Shown: positions 37,059 through 46,436, numbered from the stretch's first letter. The stretch is 64,000 nucleotides of DNA from Phycisphaeraceae bacterium (GCA_026126305.1 JAHCJI010000012.1:13303-77302), one strand, 5' to 3'. Notes: generated by a model from the sequence alone, not told the origin. Numbers and translations: made by a program.

Positions 37059-38003
37059 TCATGCACGCTCGCCCGAGGCAGGGTGGACGATGCCATTGGG
37101 GAGTCGGCGGCGCATGCACCGAGCCAGCACACGGCGCAGCACGCCGGGAAGGCGACGCTCCAGCGCAACACCCGCCGAGGCGTGGTAGGCATCGCGCACG
37201 GCTTGCAGGTATTGGAGTTCAAGGGGCACGCCAGTGTCATCGATCCAGTGGGCATCGGCCCGGCGGAGCATTTCATTGGCACGCACGGCGGCCTCAATGG
37301 CATGGGCCTCAAAGAAGGCACGGTGGTTCTCGAGCAGGCGTCGGTAGAGTTCACCATGCCGCGCTACGGCGTCGTCGATCATGGTCTGGTGGCTGTGCCG
37401 CCTCCAATTGAAAAGAACACGCGGGACACGCACGCCGTGCCATCCTCGCGAGGCAAAACGGAGCCAAAGGTCCCAATCCTCGTACCCAAGGGTCATCGTC
37501 TCGTCGAAACCACCGGCGGCCTCGTAGCGATCTCGACGGATCAGGCATGTCACCGGGTGCAGGTTGGTGACCATCAGCAACACCGGGTCCCATTCCGGCA
37601 CGTGCCAGACCACGCCAAGGCCCAGTTCCGTCAGCCGCTCGTGGCAATAGGCATGGCTTGCTCGTGGGTCGGCCGCCAATGCCGACTGCAACGACGCGAC
37701 AAACGCCGGCTCGATCCAGTCGTCGGCATCGAGGAAGACCAGGTACTGCCCCCGGGCCAGGGCAGCCCCAGCGTTGCGTGCCGCGGGCAGGCCGGCGTTG
37801 GCCTGATGGACGACACGAACGCCCAAAGCCTCCAAGGCGTCGCAGGCCCGGGGGGTCTTGCCGTCGTCCGAGCCATCGTCGATGACCACCACTTCGACAG
37901 CCGCGTCGGCCTGTGCCAGGCAGGAATTCGCGGCATCGGCCACGAAACTGCCGTGGTTGTGGCAAGGGATGACACAGGTGGTCAGCGGCTGGCCTTGGGG
38001 CAT
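37059..38003 (-). CDS. family-2 glycosyltransferase
   Basis: CVIPCHNHGSFVADA, VVVIDDGSDDG, GLPAARNAG and LVFLDADDW (DxD). Confidence 0.9.
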   Translation of the reverse strand: MPQGQPLTTCVIPCHNHGSFVADAANSCLAQADAAVEVVVIDDGSDDGKTPRACDALEALGVRVVHQANAGLPAARNAGAALARGQYLVFLDADDWIEPAFVASLQSALAADPRASHAYCHERLTELGLGVVWHVPEWDPVLLMVTNLHPVTCLIRRDRYEAAGGFDETMTLGYEDWDLWLRFASRGWHGVRVPRVLFNWRRHSHQTMIDDAVARHGELYRRLLENHRAFFEAHAIEAAVRANEMLRRADAHWIDDTGVPLELQYLQAVRDAYHASAGVALERRLPGVLRRVLARCMRRRLPNGIVHPASGERA

Positions 38004-38058
38004 GCTCTGGTTGTAGGACGGGGCAGACGCTGGGGCGCGCGGGACCTATCGTCCTCTC

Positions 38059-39777
38059 GTGCGTGTGCCGTGGACCCTGCTGGGGCATATTACCTTCGAG
38101 TTATGGCGCCACGTGCTGCTCATCACGGTCGTGGTGGTCCTGGTCATGGCCTTTGGTGCGACAGCCCAGCAGTATGCCAAGGGCCTCTTGTCGGCGGTAG
38201 ACACGCTCAAGTTCATGATCCTGGCCAGCGTGCCCATGCTGGCTTACGCCATCCCCTTTGCCGGTGCCCTGGCGGCCACGCTGACCTACCACAGGATGGC
38301 GCAGGACCGCGAACTCATGGCCGCACAAGCCGGGGGCATGAGCCCCATGGCCTTGCTCGTGCCCACGCTCGCAGCCGGCCTGGTGCTCACCGCCTCCTTG
38401 GTGGTGCTCACCGAGCAACTCATCCCACGATTCCTCCAACGCATGGGCGAAGTGGCCTCCGGCCAGGCGGCCGGGCTGATCAGTCGAGCCATCGACCGCG
38501 GCGAAGCCGTCCAGGTCGAGGGTTACCTGCTTTATGCCGATCGCGTTCTCAACCCTCCCGTCACCCACCCCAGCGTACAGGACCACCTGGTGCTGTTCGG
38601 TGCCCACATGGTCCGGCTCGACGAAGAGGGAGATATGGCCAGTTGGGGGGCGGCCGCAACCGCAGACCTGTGGATCATGAAGCCCAAGGAGTTCACCCAG
38701 GCCGAGTTGCGGACAGAAGGACGAGCCGGACGCACCGATCGGGTCAGCGAGGTCATCTACCTCGTCCGCGATGCCGTGGGCGATGGGGGCAGGCTCTCGG
38801 GCGGAAGGGTGGGCGAGTATCGCAGCCGATGGACCATGCCCAGTGGCACCGGAGACCATCCCAAGTACCTCACCTGGGGCGAGCTGCGCCAAGTCGCCCG
38901 AGACCCGGACCCCATGGGGCCCATCGATGCCGCCCGCCGAGATCTGGCCTATCACCTCGCGCTGCGCTTTGTCATCGGCCACATCGTCGATCAACTCCGC
39001 GCCGGGAGATCCGTACGGCTCAAGGGCGTGGACGCCTCGGAACTGATCCTGCGGGCCGGGGGCATCCAGTGGAACGACCCCGACAAAACCTGGGACCTCG
39101 AACCCCCACGAGGGCAGCCCATCACCATCGAACGCTTCCGCCCGGTCGAGGGTGGCACGCGAACCTACGACCGATTCGAGCTGGGCTCGGGCACGATCGA
39201 CACCGCCCTGACCGGCGACCCCATGAACCGAGGGCTGGAACTGACCATCAACGGCAAAGCCGTTCGCACCGCACTGGCCGAGCGACCCGCGTCAGACTCC
39301 TTCGAAGGTGGCGTGCGCGACGTGCTGACCTTTGGCCCCTTGTTGGTCGAGGACGATCCGGTCGCGCGACTGCTGGGCTTGAGCAGCACGGAACTGCTAG
39401 CCGCCGTCGAAGCCCACAACGAACGCTGGGGGAGCGAGGACCCGTTCCTGCGGGCCCCGACGCGAGACCTGCGAGGCCGCATCGAAAAACTGCACAAGCA
39501 GGTCCTCTCGAAGCAGCACGAGCGGATGGCCATGAGCATGACCGGCATCCTGCTGGCTTTTGCCGGTGCCATTGGGGCCATGCGCCTGCAAGAGGCACCC
39601 CCACTGGCGGCCTACATGGGCAGCTTCCTGCCCGCGTTGATGTTGATCGTGTTGATTTCAACTGGGCAGCAGATGATCGACGACCATGGCCCGGTGGGCA
39701 TCCCCGTCGTGTGGGCCGGACCGATGGCCATGGCCACCGCGGCCGTCCTGCTGGCCCGGCGGATGGGCCGGCGATGA
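38059..39777 (+). CDS. LptF/LptG-family permease (YjgP/YjgQ) with an enlarged periplasmic insert
   Basis: N-terminal LLGHITFELWRHVLLITVVVVLVMAF..., YHRMAQDRELMAAQAGGMSP, and C-terminal transmembrane segments. At 572 aa it is larger than typical. Confidence 0.8.
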   Translation: MRVPWTLLGHITFELWRHVLLITVVVVLVMAFGATAQQYAKGLLSAVDTLKFMILASVPMLAYAIPFAGALAATLTYHRMAQDRELMAAQAGGMSPMALLVPTLAAGLVLTASLVVLTEQLIPRFLQRMGEVASGQAAGLISRAIDRGEAVQVEGYLLYADRVLNPPVTHPSVQDHLVLFGAHMVRLDEEGDMASWGAAATADLWIMKPKEFTQAELRTEGRAGRTDRVSEVIYLVRDAVGDGGRLSGGRVGEYRSRWTMPSGTGDHPKYLTWGELRQVARDPDPMGPIDAARRDLAYHLALRFVIGHIVDQLRAGRSVRLKGVDASELILRAGGIQWNDPDKTWDLEPPRGQPITIERFRPVEGGTRTYDRFELGSGTIDTALTGDPMNRGLELTINGKAVRTALAERPASDSFEGGVRDVLTFGPLLVEDDPVARLLGLSSTELLAAVEAHNERWGSEDPFLRAPTRDLRGRIEKLHKQVLSKQHERMAMSMTGILLAFAGAIGAMRLQEAPPLAAYMGSFLPALMLIVLISTGQQMIDDHGPVGIPVVWAGPMAMATAAVLLARRMGRR

Positions 39778-39790
39778 GGGGAGACCTGCG

Positions 39791-40891
39791 ATGAGGCTGC
39801 TGGACCGTGCCATCGGCAGGCAGTACCTGCTCAACGTCGTGCTGCTCCTGCTCATCCTGGGCAGCTTCATCGTCGTGGTCGACGCCTCGCTCAACCTGCA
39901 CCGCTACGTGCGGTACGCCGGAGAACACGACCACTTCCCCGCCAAGGCCGCCGCCACCGTGTCCATCATCTGGAACCTGTGGTGGCCCCGCCTGATCCAA
40001 CTCTACAACTTCACGCTGGGCTTCGTGCTCGTGGCAGCCCTTGGCTTCACCTGCGCACAACTCGTGGCCCGGCGAGAACTGGTAGCCATGCTCGCCGGCG
40101 GCATCGGGCTGTGGCGCGCCATCACGCCCATGGCGGTCGTCGCCGGTGGTTTTGTCGCCCTGGGCGTTGCCAATCAGGAAATGGTCATCCCGCGGATCGT
40201 GGGCATCCTGCTGGCCGACGATCCACGGGTGAATACCGAGCAAGGACGCCTGGGCGTCACAAACCTGCCAACCACCGCCGACGCCAGCGGCCGGCTCTAC
40301 TTTGCCAAAGTCTTCGACCCCGACGCGGGCGTGCTGGAAGGCCTGCGGGTCTGGCAACGCGACGAGCAGGGCGTCCCAACCGCCATGATCACCTCGCCCA
40401 AGGCCACCTGGGACGGCACAGCCTGGGTGCTCGAAGACGGACTGATCCATCCCGTCGGCCAGGCCGGCCAGCCCCGGCCCATCGACCGCATCGAGACCGA
40501 GATGGACCCCAACGCCATGGCGGTGCGGCGATTTGCCGGACTCGGTCAGCACCTGAGCTTTGCCCGCCTGGGACGGATGCTGGCCCAGGACAGCAGCCTC
40601 ACCCCAGACCTGCGCCGCCGCCTGCAACGCGACCGATGGGCAAGGGTGGGCTCGTGGACCGCCACCGTCCTGGCCATGGTGATCGCCGTCCCGTTCTTCC
40701 TGACGCGTGAACCGCGCAACATGGCCCTCCAGGCGGCCAAGTGCGCTCCCCTCGTACTGACAGCGCTGGTCCTGGCCTCGCTGGGAGTCTCGGTGCCAAT
40801 CGCCGGCATGCCAGGGTGGCTGAGCGTCTTCCTCCCGGCTGTCATCCTGGCCCCGGCGGCGGCGGCGGCGGTCACCAGCGTCCAGAGCTAG
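39791..40891 (+). CDS. LptF/LptG-family permease
   Basis: MRLLDRAIGRQYLLNVVLLLLILGSFIVVVD, ARRELVAMLAGGIGLWR, and C-terminal transmembrane helices. Adjacent to its paralogue. Confidence 0.85.
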   Translation: MRLLDRAIGRQYLLNVVLLLLILGSFIVVVDASLNLHRYVRYAGEHDHFPAKAAATVSIIWNLWWPRLIQLYNFTLGFVLVAALGFTCAQLVARRELVAMLAGGIGLWRAITPMAVVAGGFVALGVANQEMVIPRIVGILLADDPRVNTEQGRLGVTNLPTTADASGRLYFAKVFDPDAGVLEGLRVWQRDEQGVPTAMITSPKATWDGTAWVLEDGLIHPVGQAGQPRPIDRIETEMDPNAMAVRRFAGLGQHLSFARLGRMLAQDSSLTPDLRRRLQRDRWARVGSWTATVLAMVIAVPFFLTREPRNMALQAAKCAPLVLTALVLASLGVSVPIAGMPGWLSVFLPAVILAPAAAAAVTSVQS

Positions 40892-41122
40892 CACAAAGGC
40901 TCGCGCGAAAAGTAGGGCTTCCCCTCAGTTCGGCATGCAGCCCATGCGGGTCTACACTGAACTCTCCAACAAAAGTCCGGAAGATTCTTGAAACAAACGC
41001 CCGTTCTGGTGGTATAACCAGTGTCAAGGGATCGGATCGATCGCCCGGGTACCCGTCCCGATTCGCCCAAATCCATGGAACCCCGCTTCGCAGCGACGAC
41101 ACGGCCCTTCCCGTATCCAGAC

Positions 41123-41941
41123 ATGTCAGGCCCGCCCACACAACACCAGCGGCTCCCCATCGACCGGGCTTCACGCCCGCTTGCACGACGCGCCTTTTCC
41201 ATCCTCGAACTCATGGTCACCATGTCCATCGTGGCCGTCCTGCTGAGCCTGCTGCTGCCATCGCTGCGCTACGTTCGCTTTGCCGCAAACGGGGCCATCT
41301 GCGCCACCAACCTCCGCCAGATCGGCATCGGCTGGCGGCAATACGTCGACGACCACCGGGCCATGCCCTTCCGCTCCGAGGCAGACTGGAAGTACGGCGG
41401 CGCTGCCTTCGTCGGGGCCCAGCGCCGCCCCGTCCTGGCCGCCGATCGGCCCATCAACGACTACATCCTCGCCGATGCCGATGGTTCGGCCACGGGCGAC
41501 CGCGTCGTGGGACTGTTCCGCTCGCCTTTGGACCGCGGCTACCGCTGGACCGAAGCCTCGGGCCGGCCCGTGGGCGAGAGCCTGTTCGTCGAGCCCACCG
41601 TCTACGAGCGTTTCGGCACCAGCTACCGCGCCAACCCGCTGCTGCTCGACAAACGCCGCATCCAGCCATTCGCCACGCCCGGGCCCATGGCCGAGCACGA
41701 GATCGTCACCATGCCGTCGATGCTGCTGCTCGTGGCCGTGCCGCAGTGGCAGATCGCCGTCGATGGCGAGCAACGCGTCCACGCCAGCTGGCACCCCGAG
41801 CCCAATACCGGCAACGTCCTCTTCCTCGACGGCGCGGTTCGGCACGTCCACTTTGGACAAGACCTGGGCAAGACCTACGACTACCTGCCGAAGCCCACCC
41901 AGGGCCCGCCGCCCATCATCGGCACGCCCATGCTGCCCTGA
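41123..41941 (+). CDS. prepilin-type N-terminal cleavage/methylation protein of the planctomycete H-X9-DG-like (DUF1559-like) class
   Basis: RRAFSILELMVTMSIVAVLLSLLLPSL N-terminus and a C-terminal WHPEPNTGNVLFLDGAVRHV. The start is uncertain (an ATG at 41075 is also possible). Confidence 0.8.
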   Translation: MSGPPTQHQRLPIDRASRPLARRAFSILELMVTMSIVAVLLSLLLPSLRYVRFAANGAICATNLRQIGIGWRQYVDDHRAMPFRSEADWKYGGAAFVGAQRRPVLAADRPINDYILADADGSATGDRVVGLFRSPLDRGYRWTEASGRPVGESLFVEPTVYERFGTSYRANPLLLDKRRIQPFATPGPMAEHEIVTMPSMLLLVAVPQWQIAVDGEQRVHASWHPEPNTGNVLFLDGAVRHVHFGQDLGKTYDYLPKPTQGPPPIIGTPMLP

Positions 41942-41986
41942 GCCGGGCAGCGTCGGGCCGGCCACGCTCCCCCGGCGAGCCCCGCC

Positions 41987-43219
41987 CTACTCGAGCAGTT
42001 CAAAGGGCGGCAGCTCGCCCAGCAGCGGTCGCACGTAGTGCAGGAACGCCCCGCTCACGTCGCAGGTGCCGTGCAGGTACTCCGCGGGCAGGTGCCGCGT
42101 CTTGGCCGCCACGGCCTCCAGCGGCTGGTGCCCCACGGCGCACGCGTACCGCTCGCCGGGCCCGGGCGTGCTCTCACGCCCCAAGGTCACCGATACGCCG
42201 CTGAGGCCCCGGGCCGCCAGGGCGGCGGCGTGCTCGCCCACCAGCCTGGCCTCACGCGCATCCACCGGGCTGGGATCGGGGTAGCAGCGCTGCAAATAGC
42301 CCAGCGTGTCGGCCCGCACGCGCGGGGGCTTGCCGCCCTTTGGCGTCAGCTTGGCCTTCAGCAGGTGGGCCAACTGGTCGCCCAACGCCCCAGAGCCGCT
42401 CAGCTGCACGTTGCCGTGGGCGTCCTTCTCCTCGCCCATCAGCAGCCCGCCGATGGCCCGCCCGTCCTTGTCCTGGAGCCCCTCGCTCACGGCGATGTGG
42501 CAGCGGCCCAGGCGGTCGTAGACGCCGGCCACCTCGTGCACGAAGCGGTCCATGACAAAGGGCACCTCGGGCACGTACACCAGGTGCGGACCGGCGTGCT
42601 CCTCGTGCCTGGCGGCGGCGGCGGCGGCGGTCAGAAAGCCCGCGTGCCGGCCCATCACCACGTTGATCTTGATGCCAGGCAAGGCGGCGTTGTCCATGCC
42701 GTCGGCCATGTGGGCCAGCACGACGAACCGGGCCGCGCTGGCAAAGCCCGGCGTGTGGTCGTTGCCCACAAGATCGTTGTCCACCGTCTTGGGCACGTGG
42801 ACGCAGCGCAGGTCGTAGCCGGCCGCTCTGGCGTGCTCGCTCACGATGCGGCAGGTGTCGCTGCTGTCGTTGCCGCCGATGTAGAAAAAGTACCGCGCGT
42901 CGATGGTCTGGCAGCTCTCGAAGATCCGCTGGCAGTACGCCCGGTCGGGCTTGTCGCGGGTGCTGCCCAGGGCGGCGCTGGGGGTGGCCGCCACGCGGTC
43001 GAGCACGGCCTGGGGGGTGCCGGTCAGGTCGGTCAGGCGGCCCTCGGTCAGGCCGCGGACGCCGTTGCGCATCCCCAGGATCCTGGTCACCTTCCCCTGG
43101 GCGTGCAGGCCGCGCCGCAGGCCCAGCACCACGCCCACCAGCGACTGGTTGATGACCGCCGTGGGCCCGCCCGACTGCCCGATGACCGCCGCCCCGATGG
43201 GTAACTCATCCTGTCCCAT
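41987..43219 (-). CDS. pfp: phosphofructokinase, PPi-dependent type (diphosphate--fructose-6-phosphate 1-phosphotransferase-like)
   Basis: GAAVIGQSGGPTAVINQSL, FFYIGGNDSSDT, PKTVDNDL and MGRHAGFL are PFK-family motifs. GGNDS rather than GGDG suggests PPi dependence (inference). Confidence 0.85.
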   Translation of the reverse strand: MGQDELPIGAAVIGQSGGPTAVINQSLVGVVLGLRRGLHAQGKVTRILGMRNGVRGLTEGRLTDLTGTPQAVLDRVAATPSAALGSTRDKPDRAYCQRIFESCQTIDARYFFYIGGNDSSDTCRIVSEHARAAGYDLRCVHVPKTVDNDLVGNDHTPGFASAARFVVLAHMADGMDNAALPGIKINVVMGRHAGFLTAAAAAARHEEHAGPHLVYVPEVPFVMDRFVHEVAGVYDRLGRCHIAVSEGLQDKDGRAIGGLLMGEEKDAHGNVQLSGSGALGDQLAHLLKAKLTPKGGKPPRVRADTLGYLQRCYPDPSPVDAREARLVGEHAAALAARGLSGVSVTLGRESTPGPGERYACAVGHQPLEAVAAKTRHLPAEYLHGTCDVSGAFLHYVRPLLGELPPFELLE

Positions 43220-43496
43220 GCCGTTCCTTCGTGTTTCCGCCCGGGGCCCCAACGCCCCGTGACCGCATCGTAGTGGGGTTCAGACAGAGGGCATAGGCAC
43301 GAACCAAGGTCTCATGGCAAGTGGCCAGTGCCCGACTTCCGAGGATCTTGCATCTCGACGCCCACCAGGTCAACTTCTACCACACCGCCACGCCCGCGCG
43401 CTATCTGCCGGTCATGCGCGACAAAACGCTTGACGCCCCACGCCCAAGCCGTATCTTGCTCGGATGCAAAGCGAATCCACCCGCCCACGCGAACGA

Positions 43497-44216
43497 TCAC
43501 TCCACGCCCCAGCCCGTCCAACGCTCGTAGCGGGACTGGAGGTCGGTAGCGACCTGCGCCAGTGGCACCCGCCGATCGTACTCGACGACGGGCATCACAC
43601 GGATCCTCGGCCGGCTCGTGCGCAACAGCGCGCCCCACGCCGTCGGAGCCATCGTCGCACCCTCGATCACGATCGGCAGCACCCGAGCCCCGCTGCGACG
43701 CACCAGCAGCCCGATGCCGGGCTGGAAGGGCCGAAGCGTCCGCTCGCGCCGCTCGATGCCCCCCTCGGGGAACAGCCCCAGCACCCCCCCATCGCCAAGG
43801 TGCCGCAGCGCCTCGCGCACGCCAGCCGGGTCGCCCCCATCCCGATCGACGAAGATCACCTTCGCAAAGCGCCACAGCCACTCGCCCATCGGGTGACGCA
43901 TGTCCGAGGCCATCACCCACCGGGGCTCAAAGGGCAGCACCGCCTGGATCAGCAGCGGATCGACCCCCGAGGCATGGTTGGCCACCACGATCAGCGGCCC
44001 CACCCGCCCCGTTGCTCCACCGCTCACGCCGGGCACATGCTCGCGCCCCTCCACCGTTGGCCGGTGCCGGAGCCACACATACCCCCGGATGGCGTGGTAG
44101 GACAAGTTGCCCACCACATCGTCCCCCCGTGGCCCATCCAACAACCGTCCAGACACCAGCACCAAGGCCATCCAGCCAAGCAAGGCCATAAGCATCCAGA
44201 CCAACCACTCGGGCAT
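43497..44216 (-). CDS. plsC: 1-acyl-sn-glycerol-3-phosphate acyltransferase family protein
   Basis: VANHASGVDP (HX4D) and LFPEGGIERRE (PEG) motifs, with an N-terminal transmembrane segment MPEWLVWMLMALLGWMALVLV. Confidence 0.85.
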   Translation of the reverse strand: MPEWLVWMLMALLGWMALVLVSGRLLDGPRGDDVVGNLSYHAIRGYVWLRHRPTVEGREHVPGVSGGATGRVGPLIVVANHASGVDPLLIQAVLPFEPRWVMASDMRHPMGEWLWRFAKVIFVDRDGGDPAGVREALRHLGDGGVLGLFPEGGIERRERTLRPFQPGIGLLVRRSGARVLPIVIEGATMAPTAWGALLRTSRPRIRVMPVVEYDRRVPLAQVATDLQSRYERWTGWGVE

Positions 44217-44236
44217 AGGGCCCACAGGTTAGCACC
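44194..44236. repeat. imperfect direct repeat, copy 1, covering the plsC start region
   Basis: Aligns without gaps to 45535-45577 at 36 of 43 positions (hand alignment). Confidence 0.7.
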
Positions 44237-44327
44237 CGTTAGGTTCAAACGCGAGCCGAAGGCCAGAATGGGCCATCAAGAAAGCCCGGGGCGAACAAAC
44301 CCGGTGCAAACGCGGCCTTGGCCTCAC

Positions 44328-45332
44328 TCAGTTGCCATCGCTCACACCCCAATGAAATCCGTGGCTGTCCAGCAAGGTGGCGGCGTTGGAAAGCAAGGGG
44401 CTCGCGATCTCGCCGAGCACCGCATCAGCAACCTCCCGGGCAACGGCCAGCCGCGCGTCGCCGGCGTCGTCCCAAGTCCAAAACACAAGCCGGTCGACCC
44501 CAGCAACCGAGGCGGACACGATCTGACAGGCCGCCGTCAGCACAGGATCCCCGCCGTAGGCCCCGCAACCCCAGTAGCCGGTATGCACCTCGACGACCTT
44601 GCCCGGCCAGAGTCGCTGGCTCTCGGCACGAGCAGCGGCGAACGCGCTCGCGGCGGCCAAGAGCACGAAGTAGATCTCGTTCGGGCTGTAACGGCCACTG
44701 CCCATCGCGGGGGCTTCCATTGCCAGGATGTTGCTGACCGTCGGCGGGGCAATGACGCGGGTTGCCCCGAGTACCACCTCCTCTGGAGCCAACCAAAAGT
44801 TCTGTCCGTAGATCCCGTGCGGCCAAGGCCCATCGTCGCGCGGGGTAGTATCGATCGCGGCGCGACGCTGCACACCGCTGATGGTGAAGGGAGTTGGCGT
44901 CGGCCCGGCGGGACCAATGTCGGTGACCAACGTCGAGAGGTCGCGCGCCAACAAGGCCTCACGGACGCCGCCCAAGGCGGGATGCTCGAGGGCTTGGATC
45001 TCATCCTGGGCGAAGGGCTCGGTGCCGTACGAGGAGAACAGGTCCCAATTGGCGAAGTTGGCGTGCCATACGGCCGCATCGGTATCCATGGCGGCGTACT
45101 CGAATCCGCCAGAACGAGCGATGAGCTTCGATGGGTTGGCGAGCTTTGCACTGGGATCGATGGTCGGCCAGCGGGCCACGTGGAGGTCCCCGGTGGTCTG
45201 AGGACCGTCGGGGCAGCAGTGGCGATAGATCGCGACCTTGTTGGAGTCCTCGAACCGTGGAGCGGCCCAGATGCGAAGATCGTCGGGGGTGAGCGTGAGG
45301 CGGTAGAGCGGCTGGTGGTCGCGCGTAGTCAT
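44328..45332 (-). CDS. poly(ADP-ribose) glycohydrolase (PARG)-family, eukaryote-like macrodomain protein, divergent
   Basis: ANFANWDLFSSYGTEPFAQDEIQALEHPAL compares with PARG DFANxxxGGG...VQEEIRFxxxPEL. HTGYWGCGAYGGDPVLTAACQIVSA compares with ATGNWGCGAFGGDxxLKxLIQxLAA. Confidence 0.75.
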   Translation of the reverse strand: MTTRDHQPLYRLTLTPDDLRIWAAPRFEDSNKVAIYRHCCPDGPQTTGDLHVARWPTIDPSAKLANPSKLIARSGGFEYAAMDTDAAVWHANFANWDLFSSYGTEPFAQDEIQALEHPALGGVREALLARDLSTLVTDIGPAGPTPTPFTISGVQRRAAIDTTPRDDGPWPHGIYGQNFWLAPEEVVLGATRVIAPPTVSNILAMEAPAMGSGRYSPNEIYFVLLAAASAFAAARAESQRLWPGKVVEVHTGYWGCGAYGGDPVLTAACQIVSASVAGVDRLVFWTWDDAGDARLAVAREVADAVLGEIASPLLSNAATLLDSHGFHWGVSDGN

Positions 45333-45534
45333 ACGGGTATGCTAGCGATTGTCGATGGAACACCTGATATGGCCGGGCTTCGATGGCCCAGCCCGCGCCA
45401 ATGCTCAGTAGATGTACACGCCCCGATTCGTTTCCCTGACAGCCGGCGATGACGGTTTGCTCGAGCTGGTGGCAGGGGCGGTAACGCTCGCTTTGCAGGC
45501 AGTCGACGAGCACGTGCATGATGTCGCCACGAGT

Positions 45535-45577
45535 AACCAGACAAAACACTCGGGCATATGACCCACAGGTTAACGCC
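45535..45577. repeat. imperfect direct repeat, copy 2 (relic of the plsC 5' end)
   Basis: On the minus strand it carries ATG 45557 followed by MPECFVWLLVA (plsC has MPEWLVWMLMA). Unrelated sequence follows, with a stop after 50 codons. Confidence 0.7.
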
Positions 45578-46436
45578 GACGACGGGACAGCACCAGCGTG
45601 CCAACGGCAAGGATGAAGCTGCCGCCCGGCGCTGGGATGATCGTGTCCATCCACTCCCGATAGGGTGCCACGGCCGTCGACCCCATGCGGTCTCCGTAGA
45701 CACCGATTCCAATGCCAAGTGTCTCGATGAAGGAGTGGACCCCCAGCACCTCCCACCGCCCGCCGACGATGCCCATGACCGGCCCGCCGGAATCTCCGAA
45801 CATGCCAAAGGCTTCCAGCGGGGTGACTTCGGGCGAGGACGGGCTGGTGAAGTCGAACGTGAGGATGTCGCGCGCGTAAGAGGCCGAGAGCGGTTCGATG
45901 CGATTGGTGCCCGCTCGGAGCAGCCGATCGTTCTCACCATCCCAACCACGGATGCCGTCGCCGGTGCCGCCGTAGCCGGCCAGCGATACTTCCATGCCAA
46001 AGGGGACGGGCGTTGAAGCGAGCCGCGCCCCCTGAACACCCGTCACCGGACGATCCAGTTCGATGATCGCCAGGTCTGCGGCTCCTTCTACGCCGTAGGT
46101 CACGCCATCCCAGTTGGGGTGGATGAAGACGTTGGCGGCGTTATAGAACGTCACGCCATCGCCGAAGTCGTACGACCATCCCGCAAAGGCCCTGCTGTCG
46201 ACCACGTGGGCGGCGGTGAGGATGAACCGGTCGCCGATGAGCGTGCCCGAACCCCGCCACTCTCGCCCACCGAGCGAGTAATTGCCGTAGACCCGTCCCA
46301 CCGGAGCGAATTGTGACTGGCGGGCGTAGCCCAGATAGTCGGCGTCTGTCAGGTCGTGTCGCCGCACAATGCCCAGGGCCGGAAGGGCCACACAAGCCGA
46401 TACGAGAGCCGCGGTCATCCATTGGGAACTGTGCAT
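45570..46436 (-). CDS. trypsin-like serine protease with a PEP-CTERM-like (PAP variant) sorting tail
   Basis: Catalytic triad contexts LTAAHVV, ADLAIIEL and GDSGGPV. Signal peptide present. C-terminal tail IIPAPGGSFILAVGTLVLSRRRR. Confidence 0.85.
   Translation of the reverse strand: MHSSQWMTAALVSACVALPALGIVRRHDLTDADYLGYARQSQFAPVGRVYGNYSLGGREWRGSGTLIGDRFILTAAHVVDSRAFAGWSYDFGDGVTFYNAANVFIHPNWDGVTYGVEGAADLAIIELDRPVTGVQGARLASTPVPFGMEVSLAGYGGTGDGIRGWDGENDRLLRAGTNRIEPLSASYARDILTFDFTSPSSPEVTPLEAFGMFGDSGGPVMGIVGGRWEVLGVHSFIETLGIGIGVYGDRMGSTAVAPYREWMDTIIPAPGGSFILAVGTLVLSRRRR

Noticed and set aside
36786-39794. 1002-aa ORF on the plus strand, one of the longest in the track.
   Set aside because: Its composition is Arg/Pro/Gly/His-rich with no recognisable motif. 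It runs antisense through the well-supported GT2 gene (37059-38003). It then runs out of frame through the LptF/G-family gene, whose own frame shows clear family motifs. This is a typical high-GC spurious ORF.
43464-45452. 662-aa plus-strand ORF.
   Set aside because: It is antisense to plsC and the PARG-like gene, both supported by motifs. Its composition is His/Arg/Pro-rich.
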